This document shows positions 11,977 to 24,099 of a stretch of 64,000 nucleotides of DNA, piece after piece (position 1 is the first letter of the stretch; each line of letters starts with the position of its first letter). The notes beneath the pieces are model-generated. The model was not told where the DNA came from and did no database searches. It was given only the letters and a program-made list of their open reading frames with translations. The translations under genes and the position numbers were made by a program. Origin of the DNA: an uncultured Actinomycetota bacterium (GTDB lineage: Bacteria; Actinomycetota; Actinomycetes; Propionibacteriales; Propionibacteriaceae); the NCBI GenBank assembly GCA_963756505.1, contig CAVWNG010000002.1, positions 1,285,609-1,349,608 of the forward strand. The letters run 5' to 3'.

Positions 11977-12426
11977 TCAGCCTCCCGGCGTCGCCTCGTG
12001 CCCCGGCTCGCCGGAGGTGCGGCCGGCCTGCTTGAGCCGGGCCTCGAACAGGTGCCGCCGGCCGGCCGCGAGCTGGTCGCGGGCGTCCTTCTCCAGCTGC
12101 CGGAACAGCGACCAGTACCCGTCGTCGTAGTCCTCGACGACCTGGAAGGTCCAACGGCCCTGGAGCACGTTGCGCCCGACCAGCTCCCGGTCGATCCGCT
12201 CGGCCACCCCGTCGTGCCCGGCACCGCGGAGAGCCTCCACCGCGCCCTGCAGCGCGATGTCGGCCTCCCCGGTCAGCTGGTGGAAGGTGTAGAGGTGCCC
12301 GCGGGCCCGCTCGACGGTCTCCAGCGCCTCGCTGAGCTTGCCCAGCGCGTCGACGGTGGCGTCGTCCACCCCCTCGGGGGTGGTGTGGTCGGGATCGGGC
12401 AGGTCCTGGGACGGGACGTCAGACAC
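11977..12426 (-). CDS. Hypothetical helical protein (149 aa)
   Basis: GC3-biased ORF, GGAGGGAG SD, GRWTFQVVEDYDDGYW motif. Confidence 0.75.
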   Translation of the reverse strand: MSDVPSQDLPDPDHTTPEGVDDATVDALGKLSEALETVERARGHLYTFHQLTGEADIALQGAVEALRGAGHDGVAERIDRELVGRNVLQGRWTFQVVEDYDDGYWSLFRQLEKDARDQLAAGRRHLFEARLKQAGRTSGEPGHEATPGG

Positions 12427-12466
12427 CTGGATCTCCCTCCTCAGGTCGGGTCGGCTGCCGGAGGAC

Positions 12467-14149
<1,683 letters not shown>

Positions 14150-14313
14150 GAGAAGCCGGACCTTTGCTGTCGCGTGCGTGTCGTCAGAACGGGGGCGGGA
14201 CCCGGGCCTTGGACGGCGGCCCCGCAGCCGCCCAGTATGCCAGCGCAGCGGGCCACGGATCGCCGCCGCCGACCGCGCCCGGTCGACGGGGGCCGGGCGA
14301 GCAGCCCTGCGGG

Positions 14314-15792
14314 TCAGCCGAGGTGCGGAGCCGCATCGGTGGCCCCGAAGCTCCGCCGGTCGACCCGGATCATCGTCCAGGCCACGGGCGCGGCGACGAA
14401 CAGGCCGATCGCCGCGCAGCGGAAGACCCAGGCGTAGCCGTCGACGAGGGTGGCCGGGTCGGTGCCGCGCGCGCCCCCGACCCCGGTGACCACGGCGGCG
14501 TAGACGGCGGTGAACACCGCCGTGCCGATCGAACCGCCGATCTGCTGGGTCGCGGTCACCGCCGCGCTGGCCACGCCGGCGTCACGCGGCTCGATGCCGA
14601 GCAGGGCGACGTTCTGCAGGGGCACGAACACCAGCGCCATGCCGACGCCCAGCAGCAGCTGGCCGGGCAGGACCTGGGCCGCGTAAGAGCCGTCCACGGT
14701 GATCCGGCTCATCACCAGCAGGCCGGAGACGGCGACCAGCGGACCGACGGTCATGAGGATCCGTGGTCCGATCGTGGTCAGCAGCCGGGAGACGATCGGG
14801 GCCGTGAACACGATGGCCGCGGTCATGGGCAGGGACGACAGACCGGCCCGCAGCGGCGTCATGCCGAGGACGAGCTGGAAGTGGAAGGTGAGGTACAGCA
14901 GGGCGCCGATGAGGGCGGCGCCGACCATGACCGAGACCAGGTACGCGCCACCCCGGGTGCGGTTGGCCAGGACGCGGAGCGGCAGCAGGGCGTGCCCGGT
15001 CATGCTCTCCACCCGGACGAACGCGGCGAGCAGCAGCACGCCGAGCACCAGGAAGGTGACGGTGTCCCAGCGGCCCCAGCCGCCCTCGGCGCGCGAGAAG
15101 CCGTAGACCAGCGACGCGAGGCCGGCGGTGACCAGGATGGCGCCGGGGACGTCGTAGCGGTTGTGGCCCCCGGCCCGGCTCTCGGTGAGCAGCGGCCAGG
15201 CGGCGGCGATGGCCACGACAGCGATCGGGACGTTGACGAGCAGGCACCAGTGCCAGCTCAGGAACTCGGTGAGCACCCCACCGAGGACGAGACCGACGGC
15301 AGCACCCCCGCCGCCGATGGTCCCGTAGACGGCGAAGGCGCGGACCCGGTCACGCCCGAAGGGGAAGGTGACCGAGAGCAGGGCCAGCGCGGCGGGGGCG
15401 AGCAGGGCGGCGAACGCACCCTGCAACCCGCGGGCGGCCAGCAGCATCTCTCCCGAGCCGGCGACCCCGCCCAGGGCCGACGCCAGCGCGAAGCCGGCCA
15501 TGCCCACGAGGAAGGAGCGCTTGCGGCCCCAGTAGTCCGCGATCCGCCCGCCCAGGAGGAGCAGGGCGCCGAAGGCGAGGGCGTACACGGTGACGACCGC
15601 CCCGCGCTGGGCGTCGGTCATGCCCAGGTCGGCCTGCGCCGCGGGCAGCGCGATGTTGACGATGGTGGCGTCGAGGACGACGGTCAGCTGGGCCAGGGCG
15701 ACGATGAGGAGGACGAGCCAGCGGCGCCGTCCGGTGGGGACCGCCACCTCCGTCGTCGCGGGGGACGTGCGCGGTCGGGTGGAAACGGACAC
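14314..15792 (-). CDS. MFS drug/H+ antiporter (DHA2, 14 TM)
   Basis: VLDATIVNIALP, GGRIADYWGRK, ARGLQG and NVPI motifs; start codon uncertain. Confidence 0.88.
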   Translation of the reverse strand: MSVSTRPRTSPATTEVAVPTGRRRWLVLLIVALAQLTVVLDATIVNIALPAAQADLGMTDAQRGAVVTVYALAFGALLLLGGRIADYWGRKRSFLVGMAGFALASALGGVAGSGEMLLAARGLQGAFAALLAPAALALLSVTFPFGRDRVRAFAVYGTIGGGGAAVGLVLGGVLTEFLSWHWCLLVNVPIAVVAIAAAWPLLTESRAGGHNRYDVPGAILVTAGLASLVYGFSRAEGGWGRWDTVTFLVLGVLLLAAFVRVESMTGHALLPLRVLANRTRGGAYLVSVMVGAALIGALLYLTFHFQLVLGMTPLRAGLSSLPMTAAIVFTAPIVSRLLTTIGPRILMTVGPLVAVSGLLVMSRITVDGSYAAQVLPGQLLLGVGMALVFVPLQNVALLGIEPRDAGVASAAVTATQQIGGSIGTAVFTAVYAAVVTGVGGARGTDPATLVDGYAWVFRCAAIGLFVAAPVAWTMIRVDRRSFGATDAAPHLG

Positions 15793-15899
15793 AGGATCCC
15801 TCGGGTAGCCAGGCGGAGCCCTCAGCCTAGGCGCCCGTCGAAGCGCCACACCGGCTCGGCGACCCCGCGCCCCTGCGGAGCTCCCGCGCCCGGTGCAGC

Positions 15900-15944
15900 G
15901 GGCGCGGCAGTGCGGGAAGGGCGCGGCAGTGCGGGAGGGGCGCG
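15900..15944. repeat. Intergenic 19-bp tandem repeat (GGGCGCGGCAGTGCGGGAR x2 plus partial)
   Basis: Units at 15900-15918 and 15919-15937, partial unit at 15938-15944. Confidence 0.7.
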
Positions 15945-15950
15945 CGAGGC

Positions 15951-17613
15951 TCAGCGTGCGGTGCGGGCACGCTGGAGCGCGCTGCGGGCGTCCTCGTAGC
16001 GCTGCTGCTCCACGCGGACCGGCTCCACCACCAACCGGTCGGCCACCGCGGCCACCGAACGGCGCAACGCTGACCGAGCCTGACGGGACCGACGGCGAGC
16101 CCCGACCGCCACACCGATGCGCGACAGCGCAGCGACCAGCAGACCGCCCAGCACCCCGCCGAGGGTGAGCACGGTGGGAGCCGGCAGGTTCCACCACAGC
16201 ACGTCCGGCAGCGGGGGCAACCGGAGGTAGGCCAGGACGAACGCCGCGCCGAGCCAGAGCAGGCCGGCGACGACGGCCGCCACCAGCACCCACTGCAGGA
16301 CCCGGACGGCCTGCCACCAGCGCCGGTGGCCCGACAGGTCGAGGTCGGTCCCGGCCACCGCCCGGTCGAGGGCGTCGGAGAGCTGCCCCTCACCGGAGCG
16401 GGCGGCGGCGCGGACGGCGTCCACCCATCCCCGGCTGAGGCCGGTCGAGGCGGTGTCGGCCAGCGCGCGCAGGGCGGTGTCCACGCGCGCCTTCTGCACC
16501 CCGGTGGTGGCGGGCAGCGACGTCCGTCCCGACGCCGGCCGGGTCGATCTCGGGCCGGCGACCCCCGGCACCCAGCCGGTCCAGGTGCAGGCGGCGGAGC
16601 GGGTCGGGCTTGAACTTGGCCAGCCAGGCCAGGACCGGCCAGCCGGTCGCGAGGCCGCCGCGCAGCCGCCAGGCCTTGTCGACGGCCTCGACGACGACGG
16701 GGACGCCCGCCGCCTGGGCCAGCTGGGTGGTCAGCGCGTCGACGCTGGAGGAGGACAGCCCGGCCTGCTTCTGCTCACCTGACGCGCGGAGCAGGCGGGC
16801 GGCCGACTCCTCGACGTCGGCGGCGAGCCGTCGGGCCGCGGCACGCTTGTCGGCGACCCGCCGTCCCAACCGGGCCCGCAGCTCCTCGAGCCCCTCGCCG
16901 GTGCGGGCCGAGACGCCCAGCACCTCGGCCGCCTCCAGACCTTCGCTGGCCAGCAGCCGGCGCAGGTCCCGCAGGCACTGGTCCTTCTGCTCCGGGGTCA
17001 GCGTGTCGACCTGGTTGAGGACGACCATCATCACCCCGACGTGGGAGGCCAGCGGCTTGAGGTAGCGCTCGTGCAGCGCGGCGTCGGCGTACTTCTGCGG
17101 GTCGACGACCCAGACGAGCATGTCGACGAGCTGGACCAGCCGGTCGACCTCCATCCGGTGCGCCACCTCGGTGGAGTCGTGGTCGGGCAGGTCGAGCAGG
17201 ACCAGGCCGTCGAGGCCGGACGCCAGCCGCGGGTCGGCCTCCAGGGCGTGGCGCCGCGGGATCGCCAGCCAGTCCAGCAGCTCCTCGGCGGAGTCCTCGC
17301 CGAAGCTGCAGGCGAGCGCGGTGGACGTGGTGGGACGGCGGACGCCGACGGTGGCCAGGTCGGTGCCGGTGAGCGCGTTGAAGGTGCTCGACTTGCCCGA
17401 GCCGGTCGCGCCGGCGAGAGCGACGACCGTCGCCGCCCCCGAGACGGCCAGCCGGCGGTCGGTCTGGGTGACGACGCGGCGGGCCTCCGCCACCGGCTCG
17501 GGGTCGACCCGGCCTTCGCACAGGTCGGCGGCCTCGCCCAGGGAGCGCACCCGCGCCACCAGCTGCGCCGTCTCGTCGTGCCGCCGCAGCAGGGCCAGAC
17601 CCTTGCCGGCCAT
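15951..17613 (-). CDS. Dynamin-like GTPase with C-terminal TM hairpin, frameshift at ~16528-16530
   Basis: G1 GATGSGKS, G2 RRPTT, G3 DLPD, G4 NQVD; continues as RTSLPATTGVQ... with TM helices in ORF 15951-16571 after removing one base from a C run. Confidence 0.82.
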
Positions 17614-19508
17614 CAGCGCCGCCCCGCGGTCAACGCAGGTCCTCGCGCCGTACCGGGGCCGGCTCGACCAGCTCGGCCTCCAGGACGTCGGCGTCGGTGT
17701 CGTACGGGCACCTGGGTCAGCGTCGGCGGTGCGATCGCCCGCCGCTCCTCGGCGGCCGGGAGCGCCGCGTCCTCCTCCAGGGACGGGGCCGAGCCGGCGG
17801 GGAGCCCGCCCTCGCGGGCCCGCTGCACCGCCTCGGCCGCCGCGCGCAGCCGGGCCGGCGCCTCCGGGTCCACCGGGGTCGCGTCGAGCAGGGCGTGGTA
17901 GCGCAGCAGCTCGGTGGCCATCAGACCCTCGATCCGGGAGTCGAGGTCTTCCTTGGCCGTCTCGGCCAGCCGTCGGACCGCCTGGTCGCCGAAGACGGCC
18001 TCGAGCACGCGCTGGGCGAGGATCGCCGTGCCGCCGGCCACGCCCACCTCGGCCCCCACCAGGCCGCCGGTGTGGGCGAAGACGACGATCATCAGGGCGA
18101 CGCCGACGCCGTTCACACCGAACGCGAGGAAGCGGGCCTGGGAGCGCTTGCCCATGCCCTCGTCGGCGACGAGGTCGAGCACGGCGCCCTGCCAGTCGCG
18201 GATGGTGCGCTCGACGGCGCGGTCGAACTCCGGGGAGGCCCGGGTCAGGTCGACCCGGCTGCGCTCCAGCAGGGCCCGACCCGCCGCGTTCGCCCGCCAC
18301 GACGCCTCGGCCCGCTCGGCGGCGGCGTCACCCTCGCCGCGGATCAGCGACTCCAGGCCGGACTCCACGGCCACCTTGAGGTTGTCGACCTCGGGCGGCT
18401 GGCCCTTGAAGGCCGCCACGACGCGGTCACGCAGCCAGCCCACCTTCTGCTCCAGCGCCCGGAAGAACTCCCCGGTGCCGACGAACTCGTGCCACCGGGC
18501 CAGCACCTCCCCGCGCAGCAGGGTGCCGTCGGTGGTCTGCACCTGCACGGTGCGGACGGCTTCGGCGTAGGAGTGGTCGACCTCGGCCCGCAGCCGCGTG
18601 AGCGCCTCGAGCTGGTCGTCGAGGGCGGTGGCCAGCTCCGGCGTCCGGGTGGCCAGGGCCCCGATCGCGCCGTCGAGGGTCCGCTGCACCACCGCGATGC
18701 GGCTGCTCTGGTCGGCGGCCAGCGCGGCGAGCCAGCCGCGGATCGGCTGGATGGCGGCGACGGGCAGCAGTCCCTCGCTGTCCACCGTGGTCTCGGGCAC
18801 CGCGAACAGCGGCGAGCCGGCCAGTCCCCGCTCGCTCATCATCTGTCCCAGGTGCGGCGGCACCTCCCCCATCGCGCGGGGCGGAACCCGGTCCAGCACC
18901 ACCGCCACCGCCGCGCTCCGGTCGGCGGCGGCGTGCAGGAAGTCCCACGGCACCTGGTCGGCGTAGCGGGCCGCCGAGGTGACGAACAGCCACAGGTCGG
19001 CGGCGGCGAGCAGCTGGGCGGCCAGGGCCCGGTTCTCGCTCACCACGGAGTCGATGTCCGGTGCGTCGAGGATGGCCAGTCCGGGCGGGATGGAGTCCTC
19101 GGTCACCAGCTGCAGGGAGTGGGCGTCGTTCCGGCTGCCGGTCGAGCGGGCCAGGCCGGGCAGGATCCGGTCGTCGGCGAACCAGCGCGCGTCGCTGCTG
19201 TGGTGGACGAGCACGGGCGCCCGGGTGGTCGGGCGGATCACGCCGGGGGCGGTGACGCGCCGGCCGACCAGGGAGTTCACCAGGGTCGACTTGCCGGCCC
19301 CCGTCGACCCGCCGACGACGGCGAGCAGCGGGGCGTCGATGGTGGCCAGCCGCGGCAGGACGTAGTCGTCGAGCTGCCGGGTGATCTCGGTGACCGCCCG
19401 CTGCTGGTCGGCCGCCCGGGCCAGGGGCAGCGGGAGGGTGACCGGGCCGACGGCGGCCCGGAGCTCGGAGAGCGCGGACTCCAGCGGCGTCGGCTGCCTG
19501 CTGGGCAT
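17613..19508 (-). CDS. Dynamin family GTPase (DynA/IniA-like)
   Basis: G1 GSTGAGKS, G2 IRPTT, G3 DAPDIDS, long helical stalk and hydrophobic paddle; probable late frameshift at 17706-17708 (alternative stop at 17630). Confidence 0.85.
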   Translation of the reverse strand: MPSRQPTPLESALSELRAAVGPVTLPLPLARAADQQRAVTEITRQLDDYVLPRLATIDAPLLAVVGGSTGAGKSTLVNSLVGRRVTAPGVIRPTTRAPVLVHHSSDARWFADDRILPGLARSTGSRNDAHSLQLVTEDSIPPGLAILDAPDIDSVVSENRALAAQLLAAADLWLFVTSAARYADQVPWDFLHAAADRSAAVAVVLDRVPPRAMGEVPPHLGQMMSERGLAGSPLFAVPETTVDSEGLLPVAAIQPIRGWLAALAADQSSRIAVVQRTLDGAIGALATRTPELATALDDQLEALTRLRAEVDHSYAEAVRTVQVQTTDGTLLRGEVLARWHEFVGTGEFFRALEQKVGWLRDRVVAAFKGQPPEVDNLKVAVESGLESLIRGEGDAAAERAEASWRANAAGRALLERSRVDLTRASPEFDRAVERTIRDWQGAVLDLVADEGMGKRSQARFLAFGVNGVGVALMIVVFAHTGGLVGAEVGVAGGTAILAQRVLEAVFGDQAVRRLAETAKEDLDSRIEGLMATELLRYHALLDATPVDPEAPARLRAAAEAVQRAREGGLPAGSAPSLEEDAALPAAEERRAIAPPTLTQVPVRHRRRRPGGRAGRAGPGTARGPALTAGRR

Positions 19509-19525
19509 CGGGCTCCCTCTCCTCC

Positions 19526-21001
19526 TCACTCCCCCGGCGGTTTCCAGGTCGGGTCCACCGGGGAGTACTGGGTAGCAGTCTGCCCCAGCGGCGTGGCCGC
19601 GGACGGCGGGACTCCCGGCGGGACCACCCGCCCGGTCAACGCCGGGGCCGGGTAGTTGCCGCCCAGCCCGGCGGGGCCCGGGTAGCTGGCCGGGGCGTAC
19701 CCGCCGAGCGCGCCGGCCGTCCGCCGCCGCCAGCGCAGCGACGGGTAGGCGGCCCGGCCCTCGGGCTGGGTGACCGCCAGGGGACGGAGCGCGCGGACTC
19801 TCGCCAGCAGCACCCGCTCCCGGTCGAGCCCCGCCCGGTCGACCAGGCCGCGCACCATCGCGTCCCGGAGGTAGGCGAGCTCGGTGACGGCCCGCTGCAT
19901 CCGGAGCGTGGCCAGCAGCGGCTGGAGACCGAGGAACAGCGCGTGCCAGACGCTCCGGCTCCGCGTCCGGAGGCGGGACAGCGCCGCCGGGTCGCCCTCG
20001 GGGAGCCAGCCGACGCGGACGTAGTCGGCCAGCCGGTCGCGGATCAGCCGGCCCTCCCGGTGAAGCTGCCGCACGACGAACACCACCGCCGCCACCATCA
20101 GCGGCAGCGCGACGAAGAGGTAGACGAACAGCTGGCTGCGCCCCTGGGTCAGGGACGCGGTGGTGTTGAACGCCATGTGCAGGAAGGCGGCCGCGAGGTA
20201 GCCGGCCAGCGGGGCGACCACGCGGACCGTCTTGCTCTTCGAGCGCAGCGCGACGGCCAGGCCGATGCCGAGCATCGCGGTGAAGAGCGGGTGACCGAAG
20301 AAGGTCAGCACCCCGCGCAGCAGGAAGAGCTGCTGCAGCGCCTCCAGGGGCGGCACCTGGCCGAAGGTCCGCGCGGCGTACCGGTACGCGCGGCCGTAGT
20401 AGAGGATGTTCTCGACGAAGGCGAACGCTGCTCCGGACAGACCGGCGAGCACGATCCCGCTGAGCCGGCTGACCCACTGGTAGCGCATCAGGATGGCCAG
20501 CCAGAACAAGACGGTGCCCTTCGCGGCCTCCTCCACGAACGGGGCGACGAAGATCGCCGCCCGGGGACCGGTGGCCGGGTCACCGTCGCCGGCGATGCTC
20601 AGCTGGGCCGCCGCCCACGTGTTGACCTGGGCCGAGATGAACGTCGCCACGCAGGCGCCCCAGCCGATCGTCATCAGCCAGACCCAGAAGCGCTGGGGGC
20701 GGAAGCGGTCGGCCCACAAGAACACGAGGGAGAGCGGTACGGCGGTGAAGGCGGCGTACTTCGCCGCGATGGGCACCGCCTCGGTGCCCAGTCCCGGCAC
20801 GGTGCCGCCCGGCACCTCCTGGTCGGGCACCGACTGCTGGTACAGCAGGACCAGGCAGGCGGTGTAGCCGAGCAGCACGACCACGGTGAGCCAGGCCATC
20901 CGGCTGCGCAGCAGCCGTTTCGGCAGGGGGGTCGAGGGGTCGGGGTCGGCCGGGATGCCGTTCCGCGCCAGGGCGCGGCGCTCACTGCTGGCCACCGACA
21001 T
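19526..21001 (-). CDS. PrsW family intramembrane glutamic protease
   Basis: APFVEEAAKG, FAFVENILY, FGHPLFT and LHMAFN motifs; multiple TM segments; Pro-rich tail. Confidence 0.9.
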   Translation of the reverse strand: MSVASSERRALARNGIPADPDPSTPLPKRLLRSRMAWLTVVVLLGYTACLVLLYQQSVPDQEVPGGTVPGLGTEAVPIAAKYAAFTAVPLSLVFLWADRFRPQRFWVWLMTIGWGACVATFISAQVNTWAAAQLSIAGDGDPATGPRAAIFVAPFVEEAAKGTVLFWLAILMRYQWVSRLSGIVLAGLSGAAFAFVENILYYGRAYRYAARTFGQVPPLEALQQLFLLRGVLTFFGHPLFTAMLGIGLAVALRSKSKTVRVVAPLAGYLAAAFLHMAFNTTASLTQGRSQLFVYLFVALPLMVAAVVFVVRQLHREGRLIRDRLADYVRVGWLPEGDPAALSRLRTRSRSVWHALFLGLQPLLATLRMQRAVTELAYLRDAMVRGLVDRAGLDRERVLLARVRALRPLAVTQPEGRAAYPSLRWRRRTAGALGGYAPASYPGPAGLGGNYPAPALTGRVVPPGVPPSAATPLGQTATQYSPVDPTWKPPGE

Positions 21002-21037
21002 GGCGCCAGGCTACCCAACCACCCGGCAGGCCCCCCG

Positions 21038-21729
21038 CTACTTGGCGAAGGGCTGGAGGAACGGCTCGACGACCGTCAGCACCTCGCCGGGACGCTGCTC
21101 GTGCATCTCGTGCCCGAGGTCCAGGGAGACGTAGCGCCCGTTCGGGAGACGCTGGGCGAGGTCGCGGAGCGCCTGCTGGGGCAGGTGGCTGCGGAGCCCG
21201 CCGAGGACGAGGGTCTCCGCGCCGATCCGGTCCGCGTAGCTCCCACCATCCCGGCGAGGGTTCGTTGCGCCACCGGTTGACGGCGATGACCGCCCGCCAG
21301 TCGTGGTCGGCGCCGGGATCGGGCTGGCGAGGGATCGGGACGCCGGGGCTGCGCCGGGTCGGGTGGGGGCATGTCCTCCAGGACCAGCATCCGCACGAGG
21401 TCCGGATGGGTGGCGGCGAGCTGGTAGGCGGTCAGCGCTCCCATCGAGTGCCCGTAGGGGATGGCCGCGAGGATGCCGAGCTGGTCCATCAGCCCGACGA
21501 CGTCCGCACACAGCAGGTCCAGGGAGTACTCCGCGGCCCACTCCGACTCGCCGTGGCCCCGGGCGTCGGGGGCGATGCAGCGGAAGCGGCGGCCGAGCAC
21601 CGGCCCGACGTGGCGCCAGCTCGCGCTGGAGGAGCTCAGCCCGTGCAGCAGGAGCACCACCGCACCGTCGGGACGGCCCCACTCTCGGTAGCTCAGCGTG
21701 GGCCCGCCCGGGAGCGTTACGGTCGCCAT
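21038..21729 (-). CDS. Alpha/beta fold hydrolase, two +1 frameshifts (~21337 and ~21242)
   Basis: LLHG, DARGHGES and GHSMG in ORF 21076-21729; catalytic His region LGHEMH in the frame ending at 21038; intervening frame reads DWRAVIAVNRWRNEP. Confidence 0.78.
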
Positions 21730-21780
21730 GGCTGCACAGTAGCGGGCAGCCCGACGCTGCCCGGACGCAGTTCGCGCGCC

Positions 21781-22899
21781 TCAGGTCACCGACGAGGCCG
21801 GGCGGAAGGCGTAGACGGCGCTCAACCGTCGCCAGGTGGTGGCCTCGTGGGTGTGCAGCCGGGCCAGCTGCCGCGGCGTCGGCTCGTAGCCCTCGAGCAC
21901 CGCTGCGCGCAATGGTGCGGCGTCGGTGACCAGGCCCTGCCGCACCCGCAGGTCGAGGTGGACGAGGAAGTTCGCCAGGTCCACCACCGGGGAGCCGAGC
22001 GCCAGGAGGTCGAAGTCGAGCAGACCCACCTGGCCTTCCTGGTCGACGACCACCTGCTTGTCGTGGAAGTCGCGGTGGAGGAGCCCGGGCCGGTCGGCCT
22101 CGTCGCCCTCCCCCGCATCTTCCGCCTCGCCCGCCTCGCCCGCCTCGGCCGGCGCTCCGACCTGCTCGGGAAAGGCCGGGGCGAGCCCGTGCGCCTCGGC
22201 GAGCCGCTGCCAGCGCTGGACCACCGCGCGCTCGTCCGTGACGCCGTGGTGGCGGAGCCCGGGCAGCACCGGCGCGCGGTGCAGCTGCGCCAGTGCCGCC
22301 CCTGCCGCCCGGCAGGCGTCCGGTCCTGCGGGGGTGCCCAGCAGGTCGTGCAGGGTGCGGCCGGGCAGCGCCGCGGTCAGGACCGCGCTCACCTCCTGGT
22401 CCACCTGGACCAGCGCGGGAGTCCGGACGGGAAGGTCGGCGGCCGCCCGCGCCGTGCGGGCCACGTCGGGCAGCGCGCTGGCCCGGACGACCTTGGCGTA
22501 GGCCGGGCCGGCGCCGTCCTCGCGGGGAAGCCGGACCACGCCGCGCCGCTCGGGGCGGTGCGCCACGAGCTCGGCGCCAGGACGGGCCAGCAGGGTGGCC
22601 AGCCCGGGCAGTCGCCGGTCGGCGCCCCTCGCGTGCAGCACGACCCGGCCCTGCAGCGAGGCGTGCGGGGTCCGGCGAGCCACCTCCGCAGCCCGGTCGG
22701 GCGAGGCGAACCACTGACCGGCGACGGTGGCGCCGCCGCGTCCCGCCTCCAGGAGCAGGTGCTGCTCGTCGCGCGGCCAGGCCCGCAGCAGCTCCAGCCC
22801 GTGCGGACTCAGCAGGGCGGCGACCTCGGCCAACGTGGAGCCGGGGGCGAACCCGGCGGCCCCCGCTGAGCCGGCGGCGAAGCCGTCGGGCACCGTCAC
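21781..22899 (-). CDS. Aminoglycoside phosphotransferase-like kinase
   Basis: YAKVV, Brenner motif LLHRDFHDKQ, LLDFD and DLANF; GTGA overlap with upstream gene. Confidence 0.85.
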   Translation of the reverse strand: MTVPDGFAAGSAGAAGFAPGSTLAEVAALLSPHGLELLRAWPRDEQHLLLEAGRGGATVAGQWFASPDRAAEVARRTPHASLQGRVVLHARGADRRLPGLATLLARPGAELVAHRPERRGVVRLPREDGAGPAYAKVVRASALPDVARTARAAADLPVRTPALVQVDQEVSAVLTAALPGRTLHDLLGTPAGPDACRAAGAALAQLHRAPVLPGLRHHGVTDERAVVQRWQRLAEAHGLAPAFPEQVGAPAEAGEAGEAEDAGEGDEADRPGLLHRDFHDKQVVVDQEGQVGLLDFDLLALGSPVVDLANFLVHLDLRVRQGLVTDAAPLRAAVLEGYEPTPRQLARLHTHEATTWRRLSAVYAFRPASSVT

Positions 22900-24053
22900 G
22901 ACCAGTCCCGCTCGAGGTCGGTGACGCGGGCCTCCACCGCGGCGGACCAGCCAGGCTGGGCGGTGCGGAAGGGGTCGGCCATCCGCAGCAGGCGGGCCTG
23001 GGCGGTGTACCAGTCCAGCCGGGCCGGCACCGCCCGCACCTTCGCATATCCCTCGTGCAGGGCCTCCAGGGTGGCGCCGTCGACGCCCGACGCGGCCACC
23101 GAGCCGAGGTCGGCGGCCGGTGCGCCGGCTCCTCCCCGGTCCCAGTCGACGAAGGCCGGCCGGCCGGCCGGCCCGATCACGACCTGGTCGAGGGAGAAGT
23201 CGCCGTGGCAGACGGTCAGCTCGGGCGCCGGCGGACGGGTGGCGTCCAGTCGGGCCGCGAGGTCGAGGGTGCGACGACGCAGGTGCGGCAGGAGCGCGCC
23301 GACGAGCGCGACGGTGGCGGCCGGGGCGGCGAGGTCGGTCTCCGGCATGGCGTCCGGGCGGATCCCGTGGACGGCAGCCAGGGCCTCACCCGTGGCGACG
23401 ACGTCCTCGCGGGCGGGTCCGTGCTCGAGGGCGTCGGCCAGGGTCTGCCCGGGGACGTACTGCACCGCGAGCACCGCCCAGCGGCTCGACCTGCCGAGCA
23501 GGCGCGGCACCTCGACGGCGTCGGCCACCCGGCGGGCCAGCTTCAGGCGTCGGGCGGCGTCGGCGGCCCGCTGCGGCCGGTAGGCGCGCAGCAGGACCGG
23601 GGCGGACCCCGGTGAGGTCTCGAGCAGCCCCACCCAGCGGCGCTGCGGTTTGTGCACGAGCGTCGACACCTCGTACGGCCCGGGGACCGGCATCGCCCGG
23701 CTCGCCGCCCGCTGAAGGTCGCGGAGCGCCGGCAGGTCGCGGTCGGCGCCCGCGGTGGCCAGGAGCACCCGACGCCCCGGGTCGAGGGCCAGCACACCGC
23801 CCGCTGGCGCCTGCTCGGCGAGCTTGGTCAGCTTCGGCAGCGCCGCGGCCGAGGTCGCGAGCGCGAAGGCCCAGCCCGACCGGAGCCGCAGGCCCACGAC
23901 GCAGCTGGTGCCCGGCTTGTAACGCACGTAGCGCCGCTCCAGCAGCTGCTGGTCGTGCCCAGCCAGCCACTCTCGCAGGCTCGGGTCGTCCAGCAGCAGC
24001 CCGCAGCCGGGTACGGCGGGGTCCTCGACCCGGTCGGCCGCGGTCCCCGTCAT
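22896..24053 (-). CDS. Aminoglycoside phosphotransferase-like kinase
   Basis: RYKPGTSC, CHGDFSLDQ, FVDWD and ADLGS motifs; alternative in-frame start at 24092. Confidence 0.85.
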   Translation of the reverse strand: MTGTAADRVEDPAVPGCGLLLDDPSLREWLAGHDQQLLERRYVRYKPGTSCVVGLRLRSGWAFALATSAAALPKLTKLAEQAPAGGVLALDPGRRVLLATAGADRDLPALRDLQRAASRAMPVPGPYEVSTLVHKPQRRWVGLLETSPGSAPVLLRAYRPQRAADAARRLKLARRVADAVEVPRLLGRSSRWAVLAVQYVPGQTLADALEHGPAREDVVATGEALAAVHGIRPDAMPETDLAAPAATVALVGALLPHLRRRTLDLAARLDATRPPAPELTVCHGDFSLDQVVIGPAGRPAFVDWDRGGAGAPAADLGSVAASGVDGATLEALHEGYAKVRAVPARLDWYTAQARLLRMADPFRTAQPGWSAAVEARVTDLERDWS

Positions 24054-24099
24054 GCGAGCACCGTCCCCGTCATGCGAGCACCGTCCCCTCATGCGAGCA
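24041..24099. repeat. Tandem repeat CCGTCCCCGTCATGCGAGCA x3 (20+20+19 bp) at a gene junction
   Basis: Read directly from 24041-24099. Confidence 0.9.

Noticed and set aside
15880-15944. Intergenic repeat as a MITE or REP family
   Set aside because: No second copy seen in the window and no target-site duplication
22100-22150. 9-bp repeats encoding AEAGEAGEAEDAGEG in the kinase
   Set aside because: Ordinary low-complexity acidic loop
21781-24053. APH genes as acquired antibiotic resistance determinants
   Set aside because: Only fold-level motifs; they are longer than classical APHs, embedded in a GT operon, with no mobile context
24041-24099. Repeats as a possible CRISPR array
   Set aside because: Units are adjacent with no spacers, and no cas genes are present
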